Shown: positions 25,300-35,328 of the stretch, one piece after another | Position numbering within the stretch: the stretch's first letter is position 1 | How the letters are laid out: each line of letters begins with the position of its first letter | IMG/VR virus record: IMGVR_UViG_3300037247_001890 | Location: 32,001-96,000 of that record | Strand: one strand, 5' to 3' | Source: a virus | DNA: 64,000 bases | Made by a program: the position numbers and the translations under genes | The notes under the pieces: generated by a model | Database searches by the model: none | What the model was told of the DNA's origin: nothing | What the model saw: the letters and a program-made list of their open reading frames with translations, nothing else

Positions 25300-26682
25300 A
25301 TGACTTACGCAAAAACTGATAAAGACGCTTTACAATATGAAAGTTCTGGCAGTCGTTTGGTAGATTTTTTCTCTAAAGCAGCTGTACAAAGAATGCAGGT
25401 ATTGGCAGGTGAAGATGATTTAATACCTCTTTATAAAAGAGCTAAACAAGAGGATCACATATTAGCGACGAAGACAGTATTTTGGTTGCGTGATCCTAGA
25501 GCAGGAGCTGGAGAAAGAGCAGCAGGAATAAAACTACTTAAGCATTTGGCTGATACACAACCAGGCTTTGTATCCGAAAATATGCTACAAATAGCTGAAT
25601 ATGGCAGATGGAAAGATCTGATTGAATTATCGTCAACTCATAAAAACGATGTAATTATTACCTGGGCAAAGGCAATAAAAGAAGGTGATCGCCTGGCATC
25701 TAAATGGGCACCACGCAAGGGAGATTTGGCTCGATCAATTCGAGACGAGTTAGGGATAACCAATGCAGAGTATCGTCATACATTAAAGAAAAATTCTGAA
25801 ACTGTGGAACAAGCAATGTGTTCTAAAGACTGGGGTTCTATTGATTATACGAAAGTGCCATCCGTGGCAATGCGTAAATATAGTCGCGCATTTCGTAAAA
25901 ATGATACCCAGCGTTTTGATGATTTTCTTGGCGATTCGACAAAAAAAATAAATACTGCAGTAAATTATCCTCATGAGGTTGTAAGACACATACGAACAGA
26001 CGTTGATGTTAGTGATAAAATGTGGACAAACTTACCGGAGTTCACACAACCTGGTCAGTATTTTTTGACTGTGGTTGACGTATCAGGATCAATGACTTGT
26101 ACAGCTATCGATAAGGCAGGAAGCCAGCCAATACATGTAGCCCTAGCTTTAGGGTTATACCTTGCAGAAAGAAACGTGGGACCTTTTGCTAATAAAGTGA
26201 TCACCTTTTCTGATATGCCACAGTGGGTTGAAATAGACCCAAAGGAAAAGTTACATCAGAAATTCGTAGATTTGTGCAATATAGACTGGGGTGGCACAAC
26301 CAATATCGAACGAACTTATGAGCTAATTCTGAAATTAGCAAACGCAGCCTCAGTACCACAAGATAAAATGCCATCAACACTGATTATCTTATCGGACATG
26401 CAATTTGATTCATGTACGAGCGGTATGACGCATTTGGATAACATACAAAATAAATATAAAGAATATGGGTATGAAATTCCAAAGCTAGTATTTTGGAACC
26501 TGTCAGGCAGCTACACGGGTAGTCCAATAGATAACAGGGATAATGTAGCCCTGATATCTGGTTTTAGTCCTACTATTTTGAAGGCCGTTCTTCAAAATAA
26601 GGTCATAGACCCTGTCGGCGTTCTAAAAGATGCAGTAGATGGTTATAACATTAATTTTGACCACTTCGATCCCGAAGCATAG
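25300..26682 (+). CDS. DUF2828-family Ro60/TROVE-like protein with C-terminal vWA domain
   Basis: LRDPRAGAGER; YGRWKDL; KWAPR; MIDAS DVSGSM; WGGTTN; ILSDMQFD; VFWNL; ISGFSP. Confidence 0.88.
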   Translation: MTYAKTDKDALQYESSGSRLVDFFSKAAVQRMQVLAGEDDLIPLYKRAKQEDHILATKTVFWLRDPRAGAGERAAGIKLLKHLADTQPGFVSENMLQIAEYGRWKDLIELSSTHKNDVIITWAKAIKEGDRLASKWAPRKGDLARSIRDELGITNAEYRHTLKKNSETVEQAMCSKDWGSIDYTKVPSVAMRKYSRAFRKNDTQRFDDFLGDSTKKINTAVNYPHEVVRHIRTDVDVSDKMWTNLPEFTQPGQYFLTVVDVSGSMTCTAIDKAGSQPIHVALALGLYLAERNVGPFANKVITFSDMPQWVEIDPKEKLHQKFVDLCNIDWGGTTNIERTYELILKLANAASVPQDKMPSTLIILSDMQFDSCTSGMTHLDNIQNKYKEYGYEIPKLVFWNLSGSYTGSPIDNRDNVALISGFSPTILKAVLQNKVIDPVGVLKDAVDGYNINFDHFDPEA

Positions 26683-26724
26683 GGCAAGAAGATATTACGC
26701 GACATACGTCACGTTGAATAAAAC

Positions 26725-26753
26725 TTGCATCCTGGTTTAAAATTCGGTATATT
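26725..26753 (+). promoter_or_regulatory. sigma70-like promoter TTGCAT-17-TATATT
   Basis: Directly upstream of a non-coding structured region. Confidence 0.75.
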
Positions 26754-26759
26754 GTGGTA

Positions 26760-27306
26760 CGAGTTTAAACAACTAACAGCACTAACAAAAAAACAGGAAC
26801 AATTGGTCACAGGTTCGAATCCTGTCATCCGCCCATGGTATGAACATGTCACACGGTGGATGTAGCTCAGTGGATAGAGCAATTGTATTTGATCCAAGCA
26901 CAGTTGTCCGCAAGGTTTTAGCTTGGATTTTATAAAAATAAGTTTGAATAGGAACGAAAGAACTCACAGCACCCCAAAATTTGACCTTGAAAATCAAAAA
27001 AAACCAACGTTCTCCGAAAGGTGTTCCTGTTCTAAAAAAAATACACCATACAGCAAACAAATACTGGTTGCTTCTACGCTAAAAGGTGGCGGTGTCCGGA
27101 AGGTTTAAAACTCGGCAGCGTTAGAGGCAGGGTTTCGATACCCAAACAATCAACCCATCAGCACACCATACAAATCAAAGATCAGGGGAGTCGACATGAT
27201 TGGGGTTACCGAAAGGTTTGACGACATGTAGGCTGGACCTGAAGCATAATATCTCCTAAACCGAAGGGCGTTGGCACATTAAGATGTATGTCGGCGTCCT
27301 TTTTTT
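26760..27306 (+). ncRNA. composite Y-RNA-like transcript (4 modules, includes a permuted tRNA)
   Basis: Four stem-CAGCA...stem-CCGNAAGG modules; permuted tRNA 26799-26886; own promoter and terminator. Confidence 0.75.
27265..27306 (+). terminator. intrinsic terminator
   Basis: AAGGGCGTTGGCA/TGTCGGCGTCCTT plus T-run. Confidence 0.75.
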
Positions 27307-27328
27307 ATTAATTTTAGTCGGAGGATGA

Positions 27329-27553
27329 ATGCCAACAATCCAACATGAATTGGCTAAAGTTGGACTTATACGAAAACGCAAGGCAGAATTCTGGGAAAAC
27401 ATAAATACACTTAAACCAGAATATCGTCGAGTATTGAAAGAAAAGGCAGAAGCATTCAATGCTGATCCTGTTACAATAGCTAGAATTGAATTTAGACTTC
27501 AATCAGTTTTAAAACAGATCAAAAGACTTACAAAAGCAGCAAAAGCTGCATAA
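27329..27553 (+). CDS. small basic protein
   Basis: SD GGAGG; followed by a terminator. Confidence 0.65.
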   Translation: MPTIQHELAKVGLIRKRKAEFWENINTLKPEYRRVLKEKAEAFNADPVTIARIEFRLQSVLKQIKRLTKAAKAA

Positions 27554-27613
27554 TAATCAAAATAGGGTGGAATTTTAACCCTATTTTTTTTATATTTATC
27601 TGAGGAATATAAT

Positions 27614-27961
27614 ATGGCAAAAAATGCAGGAGGAGAAAATACAGCTCTATTTATTTTGATGGGATTCAAAGTATTAGGAAAAGTAGAAAATCTTGATGTG
27701 ACGAAACCACCAGATGATATTAGAAAGATTGTTGATCAATCCATACAAAAAAGATTTGTAAAAAAACCAGGGCAAAGAATATTTATAGATTATAAATTAG
27801 ATGTTTCATCTGACTCAATAGAGATTTTTCCTAAAAATTTGTTTACTGCTTTATCGTTTTTTGGGTATGATATTCCTTTTGCACTAAACACTCCTTTCAA
27901 AGTTTGGAAAGGTTTTATAATTAGTTATGGTCCTTCTTGCACAGGATTTTTCCTGGCATAA
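27614..27961 (+). CDS. hypothetical protein
   Basis: SD GAGG. Confidence 0.6.
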   Translation: MAKNAGGENTALFILMGFKVLGKVENLDVTKPPDDIRKIVDQSIQKRFVKKPGQRIFIDYKLDVSSDSIEIFPKNLFTALSFFGYDIPFALNTPFKVWKGFIISYGPSCTGFFLA

Positions 27962-27997
27962 GAAACTTGATATATTAACTTTATTTAGGTAAATTAT

Positions 27998-28354
27998 ATG
28001 AAAATAGAATATATACATTACGTAAAAGATCAATCCGATTTTGAAGGTGATATTCAAAGGATAAGCGTTGAAAGCGTCATACACCTGGCTAAAACATTGA
28101 CAAAGTTCAAAGCAGAGCATGTCAACTGGGTAGGGGCCATAGACAATATTTTTACTCAACACGCTACAATGTATGCTTTGGTATTTTACCAAGGCGAGTG
28201 GAATTCTACAGAAATTGTAGATAGGCTAATCGAAGATGCGAATACACCGTATTCGGGAGATTATTGGCCGACGCCTTTTTTCCCATTATTGTCAGCAGTC
28301 AATTCTGACAGAACTAAATTTGTCGAGAAATTAAAAGGAGACAACATTATTTAA
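27998..28354 (+). CDS. hypothetical protein
   Basis: Operon start. Confidence 0.65.
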   Translation: MKIEYIHYVKDQSDFEGDIQRISVESVIHLAKTLTKFKAEHVNWVGAIDNIFTQHATMYALVFYQGEWNSTEIVDRLIEDANTPYSGDYWPTPFFPLLSAVNSDRTKFVEKLKGDNII

Positions 28355-28954
28355 ATGAGTAGAAGTACAAAAGTTAAAATTTCCATACCGGATGATTTTA
28401 GTAGGACTTCAATCGAAGACCAGGAAGAATATCTTTTTAAATATTTAAAAGATATCGGATTTTCGAAGCAGAATTTCAGGCATCCTATAGAGATAGGCGA
28501 GCATGATGAAGCTTTATGGGAATTCTATATAGACAAATTGCCCGAGATCCAGGAAGATATGGAATTAGACAAATTACTAGGTGCTTATTATTTAATACAT
28601 CGAATTAAATCAGGTGTCCTCAGTTATGAGAAATTGGCAGAAATAATATTGGAGGCCAGAGGTGGACTGAGTATTTATTACCATAAACCACAAATGCCAC
28701 GATCTGAAGCATTAGATTTTAAAGACAACCTAAGAGATTGGATAGATATGATTCTAGAAGAATCTGTGGAAGATCTAGATATAGAGGTAAGACGTTCTGA
28801 ATATAGACAATATGTCGTAGCACTCGACAAATTATCTAAAAAAGTAAATAAAAACAGTACAATTTATGTAAGTTTAACGCGCCCTGGCAGTCATGTAAGA
28901 AATGATTTGTCATTGGTTGAGAAAAAATTAACAAAAATACAAAATGAAAGCTAA
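28355..28954 (+). CDS. hypothetical protein
   Basis: Packed operon. Confidence 0.7.
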   Translation: MSRSTKVKISIPDDFSRTSIEDQEEYLFKYLKDIGFSKQNFRHPIEIGEHDEALWEFYIDKLPEIQEDMELDKLLGAYYLIHRIKSGVLSYEKLAEIILEARGGLSIYYHKPQMPRSEALDFKDNLRDWIDMILEESVEDLDIEVRRSEYRQYVVALDKLSKKVNKNSTIYVSLTRPGSHVRNDLSLVEKKLTKIQNES

Positions 28955-28957
28955 AAA

Positions 28958-29335
28958 ATGAATAGAATACAGCCGGAAGAATTGATAAAATTACAAGGAA
29001 TACTTCGTAGAGGAACAATTGTCAAAGTTCATAATCAGAAAGACGATATTTTTCTAGAAGCAACTTTTGATGGATTCGCAGACGCCGAATGTCCATACAG
29101 ATATTGTTTACTCCATCCTAAAAATCCTGGAAAACAAAAAGATGTAAAACCCTGTGATGGTTTTATGAGGTGGATTATAAATGATGAGGAGCAAGAATCT
29201 TGTCCTTATTTAGGTGGATTGGAATTTACAGCAGGTGACATGCAAGTTATTACAGAAATTAAAACAAAAAAGAAAAATCCAGAGACAGGCGGTTATGATG
29301 AAACGTGGCTTATCCCAAGTGATTACCTGAAATGA
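28958..29335 (+). CDS. hypothetical protein
   Basis: Packed operon. Confidence 0.65.
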   Translation: MNRIQPEELIKLQGILRRGTIVKVHNQKDDIFLEATFDGFADAECPYRYCLLHPKNPGKQKDVKPCDGFMRWIINDEEQESCPYLGGLEFTAGDMQVITEIKTKKKNPETGGYDETWLIPSDYLK

Positions 29336-29895
29336 AAATATTAAGAAAAATAAATGTAATAGATATAGAAGCGACATGTTGGGATAATCCTGAAGAGAGG
29401 AAAGACCAACCTAATGAAGCCATAGAAATAGGAATAACTGAGGTTGATCTTTCTAATCTTGAAATAAATAACAGCAAGAGTGTGTACGTAATTCCACGAA
29501 ATAGTTCTATATCAGAATTTTGTACAAAATTAACAGGCATTCCACCAGCATTAATAGCGGGAAGAGGAGTTAGCTTCACTAAAGCTATACGTGTTTTAAA
29601 ACAAACTTTTAGAATACATAACAGGCATTGGATTAGTTGGGGCGACTATGATAAGGACCAATTACAACGTGATTGCGACAGGAATAATTTGGTATATAAT
29701 AAAGTATTCTTCAAAAGACATACCAATTTTAAAACTGTTTTTGCTATGCTATATGGGCTCCCAAAAGAACTGGGCGTAGAAGCGGCATTGACCCATATAG
29801 GTCTGCACTTTGCAGGACAGCTCCATAGCGGAAAAGATGATTCTTTTAATATTGCCCGACTTTATGTCCATACGTTGAAAAAATTTAGGAAATAA
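29332..29895 (+). CDS. DEDDh 3'-5' exonuclease (ERI-1/KapD-like)
   Basis: IDIEATCW; IEIG; FCTKLTGI; SWGDYD; HSGKDD. Confidence 0.9.
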   Translation: MKILRKINVIDIEATCWDNPEERKDQPNEAIEIGITEVDLSNLEINNSKSVYVIPRNSSISEFCTKLTGIPPALIAGRGVSFTKAIRVLKQTFRIHNRHWISWGDYDKDQLQRDCDRNNLVYNKVFFKRHTNFKTVFAMLYGLPKELGVEAALTHIGLHFAGQLHSGKDDSFNIARLYVHTLKKFRK

Positions 29896-29896
29896 T

Positions 29897-30361
29897 ATGG
29901 GAAGCGTATATTACCACGGAACAAATGAGCAAAAAGCCAACAAAATACTTTCTGATGGATTTCAATCTGGAACGTACTTTACATGGGATTTACACAGTGC
30001 CTTAGTTATGGGAGGAATGTGGGTTTTTGGAATATACATTAAGGATAAAGGGATTGAAGATTATTGGGAATGGAGAAATTCAGAAGTTATTTTAGCTGAT
30101 AGAATCTTATACCTACGTAAATTCTCGGTTGAATGTATCCACGATAGCGAAAATGAATTAGAAAAAATCAACATCATAAATCATAAAGAAGAATATGGAG
30201 ATCAAATAATTCATTGTAACCATTGTAAGGGTAGGGGTCAAACGAGTCCAGCCAACTTATATGGTGGGTGGCAAACATCGAAACTTATTGTATGTGAAAA
30301 ATGCGGAGGTTTTGGATGCACTCAACTAAATGGAAAATATATTAATGACACAAATGAATAA
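29897..30361 (+). CDS. hypothetical protein, ART-like YYHGT N-terminus and DnaJ-type Zn finger
   Basis: YYHGT...GTYFT; CNHCKGRG...CEKCGGFG. Confidence 0.55.
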   Translation: MGSVYYHGTNEQKANKILSDGFQSGTYFTWDLHSALVMGGMWVFGIYIKDKGIEDYWEWRNSEVILADRILYLRKFSVECIHDSENELEKINIINHKEEYGDQIIHCNHCKGRGQTSPANLYGGWQTSKLIVCEKCGGFGCTQLNGKYINDTNE

Positions 30362-30665
30362 ACTTAGTTGGAATTTTACAAAGGAAATTCCCAAAGATGA
30401 GAGAATCGCAGCATTAAGAATACGTTTCATGAACATTATAGATCTTGACGCAAGTAATGAAATGTATATCAGAATTCCCAACGGAGGTCGATGTGAATAT
30501 TCTCCTTTAGAAAGAATGTTTCATTTATATGACTCCGATGGTGATATGATTAGAAATGTGCAGGCCCCAGAAAACACCGCAGTAGATATTTCTTACATTG
30601 ATATAGAATATTTAGAATTATTAGATTCAACAAACCCCGAATTCCATCGAGATTTACTAAATTAA
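30330..30665 (+). CDS. hypothetical protein
   Basis: Packed operon. Confidence 0.6.
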   Translation: MENILMTQMNKLSWNFTKEIPKDERIAALRIRFMNIIDLDASNEMYIRIPNGGRCEYSPLERMFHLYDSDGDMIRNVQAPENTAVDISYIDIEYLELLDSTNPEFHRDLLN

Positions 30666-30994
30666 TGACAAAAAAATTATATTTGGATGACATACGCAAT
30701 GCCCCAAAAGGGTGGGATCGTGTGCATACGGCAAAAGAATGTGTTGAAGCTTTAGCAACACAACAATATGATACAATATCACTAGATCACGATCTGGGTG
30801 AAGACCAGGCTACTGGTTATGATGTTCTAGCTTGGCTAGAAGAAACAGTACAACAACATAAAGATTTCAGAATACCGACGATTTTTATCCACACGGATAA
30901 TCCTGTTGGAAGAATACGTATGGTGCAAGCATTACAAAGTATATGGAGGATACGGGATGATAAAAATGCAAATAATGTCGGACCTGCACAATGA
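30665..30994 (+). CDS. cyclic-phosphate-processing receiver-domain protein
   Basis: LYLDDIR; ISLDHDLG; TGYDV; IHTDNPVG. Confidence 0.85.
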   Translation: MTKKLYLDDIRNAPKGWDRVHTAKECVEALATQQYDTISLDHDLGEDQATGYDVLAWLEETVQQHKDFRIPTIFIHTDNPVGRIRMVQALQSIWRIRDDKNANNVGPAQ

Positions 30995-31712
30995 GTTTGG
31001 CCTTAAATCAATAGTACGAACTGACGCTGATGTTATTATATTAGCAGGAGATATAGATACCAAAGCATCCGCAGTACCATGGATAATAGATGTCTATAAA
31101 GATACACCTGTTGTTTATATTGCAGGAAATCATGAATATTATTATTCTGACATTTGGGAGATAGATGACCATCTAGAAAAATCATGTAGTAAAACAAATA
31201 TACGATTTTTACAAAATAAAATGAAAGTAATTAACGGTACAAGATTTCTGGGAACAACCTTATGGACAGATTTTCATTATAATGGGCCTGAAATGAGGGA
31301 TTATTATATGAAATACGCGAAAAGAAATATGACTGATTTCTCAGTTATCAAAAATGGTAATAAAAGATTTACTCCTGAGGATAGTTTTGAATTGCATGTA
31401 GATGCCAGAAATTTTTTGAGAGAGCATCTTGCAAAAATGTTTGATGGAAAAACGGTAGTCGTTACACACCATGGTCCATTCCCCCAGGCAATAAGCAGAG
31501 ATTTTGCAAACAGCCCTCTCAACCCTGCTTTTGTTGTGGACATGCAGGATTTGATGTACGACTATGAGCCTGATTTATGGATCTATGGACATACACATGG
31601 GCAATCTATGGACACATTTATAGGAAAAACAAGAGTAGTTTCCAACCCAAGAGGCTATCCACAAGAAAGCGATAGCAGCCCCTTTTTACCAGATTTTACC
31701 GTATCTATATAA
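30957..31712 (+). CDS. calcineurin-like metallophosphoesterase
   Basis: SDLH; AGD; GNHE; THH; GHTH; NPRGY; SD GGAGG. Confidence 0.92.
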   Translation: MIKMQIMSDLHNEFGLKSIVRTDADVIILAGDIDTKASAVPWIIDVYKDTPVVYIAGNHEYYYSDIWEIDDHLEKSCSKTNIRFLQNKMKVINGTRFLGTTLWTDFHYNGPEMRDYYMKYAKRNMTDFSVIKNGNKRFTPEDSFELHVDARNFLREHLAKMFDGKTVVVTHHGPFPQAISRDFANSPLNPAFVVDMQDLMYDYEPDLWIYGHTHGQSMDTFIGKTRVVSNPRGYPQESDSSPFLPDFTVSI

Positions 31713-31723
31713 TAAGGAATATA

Positions 31724-31993
31724 ATGGAACCACTAATGAATGCTCCCCAATGGTTTTTGGAGAGGGAAGATTCAGTAGAATTGATAGGCTTATTAAAAGA
31801 TAATTATAATGACCCTATTGTAATATTAAACAAATATACCTATAGAAATGGAAGAAGATATCTGGTTATACTTGAAGGTTCTATAGGTGCTTGTATTCGT
31901 ACTTATGATTATCCACAAAAAATAAATAAAGGTAAATTTGTACGAATAAGGTGTATATACGATACACAAAATGATCAATACATATCAATTTAG
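31724..31993 (+). CDS. hypothetical protein
   Basis: SD AAGGA. Confidence 0.6.
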   Translation: MEPLMNAPQWFLEREDSVELIGLLKDNYNDPIVILNKYTYRNGRRYLVILEGSIGACIRTYDYPQKINKGKFVRIRCIYDTQNDQYISI

Positions 31994-32005
31994 ATAGGAG
32001 AAAAA

Positions 32006-32287
32006 ATGGACCATGACGATAGACAACTTATAGTAGAATGCTTGTTATTCTCAGCATCAGTTCAAGTATGTGCGAATTGGGATGCTGAAAAGCAAGAAAG
32101 GATGGTAGAATTAGCCAAAACACTAGGCATCAATCCGTCAGAAGATATTGAATTTTGGAAAGATGATATGGAATACGAAGAACCTTGGGCAGCACAAATA
32201 CCAGAAAAATTTGAAATAAAACAAACTGGTGTAGATTCGAAACAAGATGAACCGACAAAAGAACAACCAGAAGAAGAAGGGGATTAA
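32006..32287 (+). CDS. small acidic protein
   Basis: SD AGGAG; terminator follows. Confidence 0.65.
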   Translation: MDHDDRQLIVECLLFSASVQVCANWDAEKQERMVELAKTLGINPSEDIEFWKDDMEYEEPWAAQIPEKFEIKQTGVDSKQDEPTKEQPEEEGD

Positions 32288-32300
32288 TCTCCTTCTTTTT

Positions 32301-33074
32301 TTATTTCTTAAACACTTCTTTAAAGCCTTCGAGCAATTCTAGAAGTTTATTTCTCTCCAAATATTTATAAATAAAATTTACGCCTGATGTTTTTGGCACG
32401 CCCCACCTATACCTGTATTGAAGTTTTCTAGCCTTATCAACATCTTTGTAAGTACGAACTAGTTCGTATATATCTCGTTCTATTTCTTTTAGCTTAGAAA
32501 GTAATTGTTTCCCTTCTAAGTAAGTAATATCATGCAAATCAGACGTAAGCTCCGTCAATTTACTTCGAACTACTTGGGCATACAGACGGGCATATGGCTT
32601 ATTTATCTCATAACGTTCTTCTGGATCTCGTATGTCCTCATAAGGAACAAAAGGTTTTTCCCAGATATCTTCTTCTCCGGTATCATAATTCTTTATTAGA
32701 TAAACTGATGTTGTTTCATCTCCCCAATTAGGCTCCATTTCATGCTGAATAAAGTAAGTTATAGGATGAGTTGTCCCAGTGAGAAAATTCAACTGTTTAT
32801 TATAAAATTTGAAATGTTGATGCCATTCTTCGAATTCGTCATCGTATTCTCTTCCCCAAGGAATACGAGACACCACGTTAATATCAATATCTGAAAATTT
32901 ATTATATTGTAAACCAGCACTGCTACCAATAAACCACACAGATTTTATCAGGTTTCTTGGAATAAGAATATTAAGTTTATTAAGAATCTCGTCTTTCACA
33001 GGAGGGATAAGAGTATTATCTTCATTCCAAAGCAATGGATTTAAGCTTAGTTTTGGTTTATCTAATAGGCCCAT
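32301..33074 (-). CDS. Pol-beta superfamily nucleotidyltransferase
   Basis: IGSSAG...SDIDI motif; start reassigned to the ATG just downstream of the promoter. Confidence 0.75.
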   Translation of the reverse strand: MGLLDKPKLSLNPLLWNEDNTLIPPVKDEILNKLNILIPRNLIKSVWFIGSSAGLQYNKFSDIDINVVSRIPWGREYDDEFEEWHQHFKFYNKQLNFLTGTTHPITYFIQHEMEPNWGDETTSVYLIKNYDTGEEDIWEKPFVPYEDIRDPEERYEINKPYARLYAQVVRSKLTELTSDLHDITYLEGKQLLSKLKEIERDIYELVRTYKDVDKARKLQYRYRWGVPKTSGVNFIYKYLERNKLLELLEGFKEVFKK

Positions 33075-33079
33075 GAAGA

Positions 33080-33108
33080 AATATAAAATATACAAGAACT
33101 AAAGTCAA
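33080..33108 (-). promoter_or_regulatory. sigma70-like promoter TTGACT-17-TATATT (probably leaderless transcript)
   Basis: -10 ends 6 nt before ATG 33074. Confidence 0.65.
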
Positions 33109-33121
33109 GGAAAAAAAATAG

Positions 33122-33661
33122 ATGGAATTAAGCCGGTTTTTCGAGAAGTTTCGACCACAAAAGGATTGGAAGCTTATACCTTCCGAAATGATACCATTGG
33201 AAATAGAACGATGGGAAACTTATAAAAAATTGATCACTAAAAGATCACGAAAGTATCTTAAAAAAGATAAAGCAAACCTACAAAAATATTTGGTAGGCAA
33301 TACTTTCCCATTAGGAGAGGTTTATGAAAATAACCCAAATAGGCTGGCAGAGTTGAATCCTTTATTTGATAAAGACACGAGAAGCTTTCCATTATGGGAA
33401 AAAATAAAAATTGCAGTAGATTGTATCGGTATAGATAATGAAAAGGGAAAAGAAATCCCAACTGTAAAAACTGTAATAAATGAAGCATTAAGAAATATGA
33501 TTGAAAAATTAAAGTCGCTCGATGTAGATGTATTAGATGCAGAAATAACTACGTTTGACTATCGTTTGGAAAAAGCAAGAAAAGACGCTGTAAGATCTGT
33601 AATTTCCAAAAAAATATTATTACCTTTTTACCCCCAACCGAAAGATATATATGTGGATTGA
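33122..33661 (+). CDS. hypothetical protein
   Basis: 179-aa ORF. Confidence 0.65.
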   Translation: MELSRFFEKFRPQKDWKLIPSEMIPLEIERWETYKKLITKRSRKYLKKDKANLQKYLVGNTFPLGEVYENNPNRLAELNPLFDKDTRSFPLWEKIKIAVDCIGIDNEKGKEIPTVKTVINEALRNMIEKLKSLDVDVLDAEITTFDYRLEKARKDAVRSVISKKILLPFYPQPKDIYVD

Positions 33662-34250
33662 TATTTGGGAAAAAATGAAAAAATTAAATTCACGGATTCT
33701 TCGTGAAAGGCGTTACCTTAGTTATGACCAAATATGCGATGATACAAAACAAACGCCAACCAAAATTGATTGGACTTTGAATTATACTCGAGCACTTATT
33801 CATGAGGTAGCTGAGTATTTTGATGAAACAGATTCTCATAAAGAAAAAATTGAATTAATTGATATTTTATTTTTTCTGGTGAGTGTATTACAAGTCGCTG
33901 GCTGGGATGTGTTTACCTTCGAACAATTAATGCAAGAAGAACATACCCCTTATAAAAATTATGAATTCTACCCGGAAAACATGATATTTACTGCGATCGA
34001 AATTGAAAATTCAATTGCCTGGAAACATTGGAAATCTTACACATTTGGTATTCATCCGAATAAATTTCATGATGCAATATTAGATTTTGTGGAAGATTGG
34101 AAAGAGCATACATTTATAGTACACAAAATGACTCCAACACAAATACACCAGGCATTTTTAGATAAATTAGATGTGAACCACAAACGGCAAGATGGTGGTT
34201 ACACAAAGAAGAAAAAAGATGACGATATACATGTAAGGACATCGCAATGA
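33651..34250 (+). CDS. dimeric dUTPase / all-alpha NTP pyrophosphatase
   Basis: ALIHEVAE; ELIDILFF; AWKHWK; KLDVNHKRQDGGY. Confidence 0.8.
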   Translation: MWIDIWEKMKKLNSRILRERRYLSYDQICDDTKQTPTKIDWTLNYTRALIHEVAEYFDETDSHKEKIELIDILFFLVSVLQVAGWDVFTFEQLMQEEHTPYKNYEFYPENMIFTAIEIENSIAWKHWKSYTFGIHPNKFHDAILDFVEDWKEHTFIVHKMTPTQIHQAFLDKLDVNHKRQDGGYTKKKKDDDIHVRTSQ

Positions 34251-34633
34251 AACTTACAAAGAATTATAGTGATGCATGCAATACCTTGATCGGAAAAATA
34301 TATTATTTATATAATCCGTTCGAATCTACAATATATGAGGTTTATATTCAGAGTATAATAGAGAATATGTTCGGAGAGCCAGATGAAATATATGTCAAAC
34401 TTCGACTATACGCTGATGAACAAGGCATAAAAGATATAAGTCGATCCTGGGATGACGTGAAATCAGTGGCATCATTTCCATATCTAGCAAATGAATTAAT
34501 AGAAAAGAAATTAGCAATAATTGCTTTTCATGCTGATTTAGTAATGAAACAGAGCAAGTTAGAGGAGGAATCGAAATCAATCGGAAACGCCCTGCAACAA
34601 CTACGCTCAGAGCTAACAGCGATATCTTCTTAA
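34247..34633 (+). CDS. hypothetical protein
   Basis: ATGA-coupled. Confidence 0.6.
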   Translation: MKLTKNYSDACNTLIGKIYYLYNPFESTIYEVYIQSIIENMFGEPDEIYVKLRLYADEQGIKDISRSWDDVKSVASFPYLANELIEKKLAIIAFHADLVMKQSKLEEESKSIGNALQQLRSELTAISS

Positions 34634-35295
34634 AAGATATAAATAAAAAATATAAAGTTAGAGTTAATAGATTAGTACGTATCAAAACACTGAGGAAATA
34701 TTCAGATAATTGGGGAAATGATCATATTCGTAAATTGATAATATACAATTTAACAGATTTGAGCTTTATAGTAAGAGATGCCATAGAGCATAATATTACT
34801 CATTTATACATACCCGATATTTTTCCTTTATGTAACCATAAAAAATATGGTTATTTTTTAAAACAATACGAAGGGCTTGTATTGGGAATATTAGCACAAT
34901 TAAAAGGAACAAAATTAGAGATAATTTGGCATCCTAATAATGCGGATCGAATAGCAAAAATGGCATAAGAAAAATGTAATAACTCCACTTACCCGGAGAG
35001 AAGAAAAAAGTCGCGTGGAGAAATCCCGTGGCTTTTTTTACATTTAAAACAGGCATAAGAGAAATGATAATAAACAATAATCTTTAAATTTTGAGAGGAT
35101 GGCATCTAATGGCTAGAGTTAAAGTCTATCCTCTGGGTAAGAAAGGACCGAGAGAAATCAGTCCAGGAGAAATAAACGCTGAGCTTGCTAAGCGTTCCGA
35201 AATCACACTAAAATTTTTGCAAAGAAAAGGCAGGATAAAGAAAAGAGAATCAAATTTGGATGATTAAAGGAGCAGACAAAGATGACATAATTATA

Positions 35296-35325
35296 AAAGA
35301 GGCCAGGAATCCAGCCTCTTTTTTT
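35296..35325. terminator. bidirectional intrinsic terminator
   Basis: AAAAGAGGC...GCCTCTTTT between convergent genes. Confidence 0.7.
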
Positions 35326-35328
35326 AGC

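Noticed and set aside
26709-27108. Short ORFs in the Y-like RNA region
   Set aside because: No SD, low-complexity translations; the region is better explained by RNA structure
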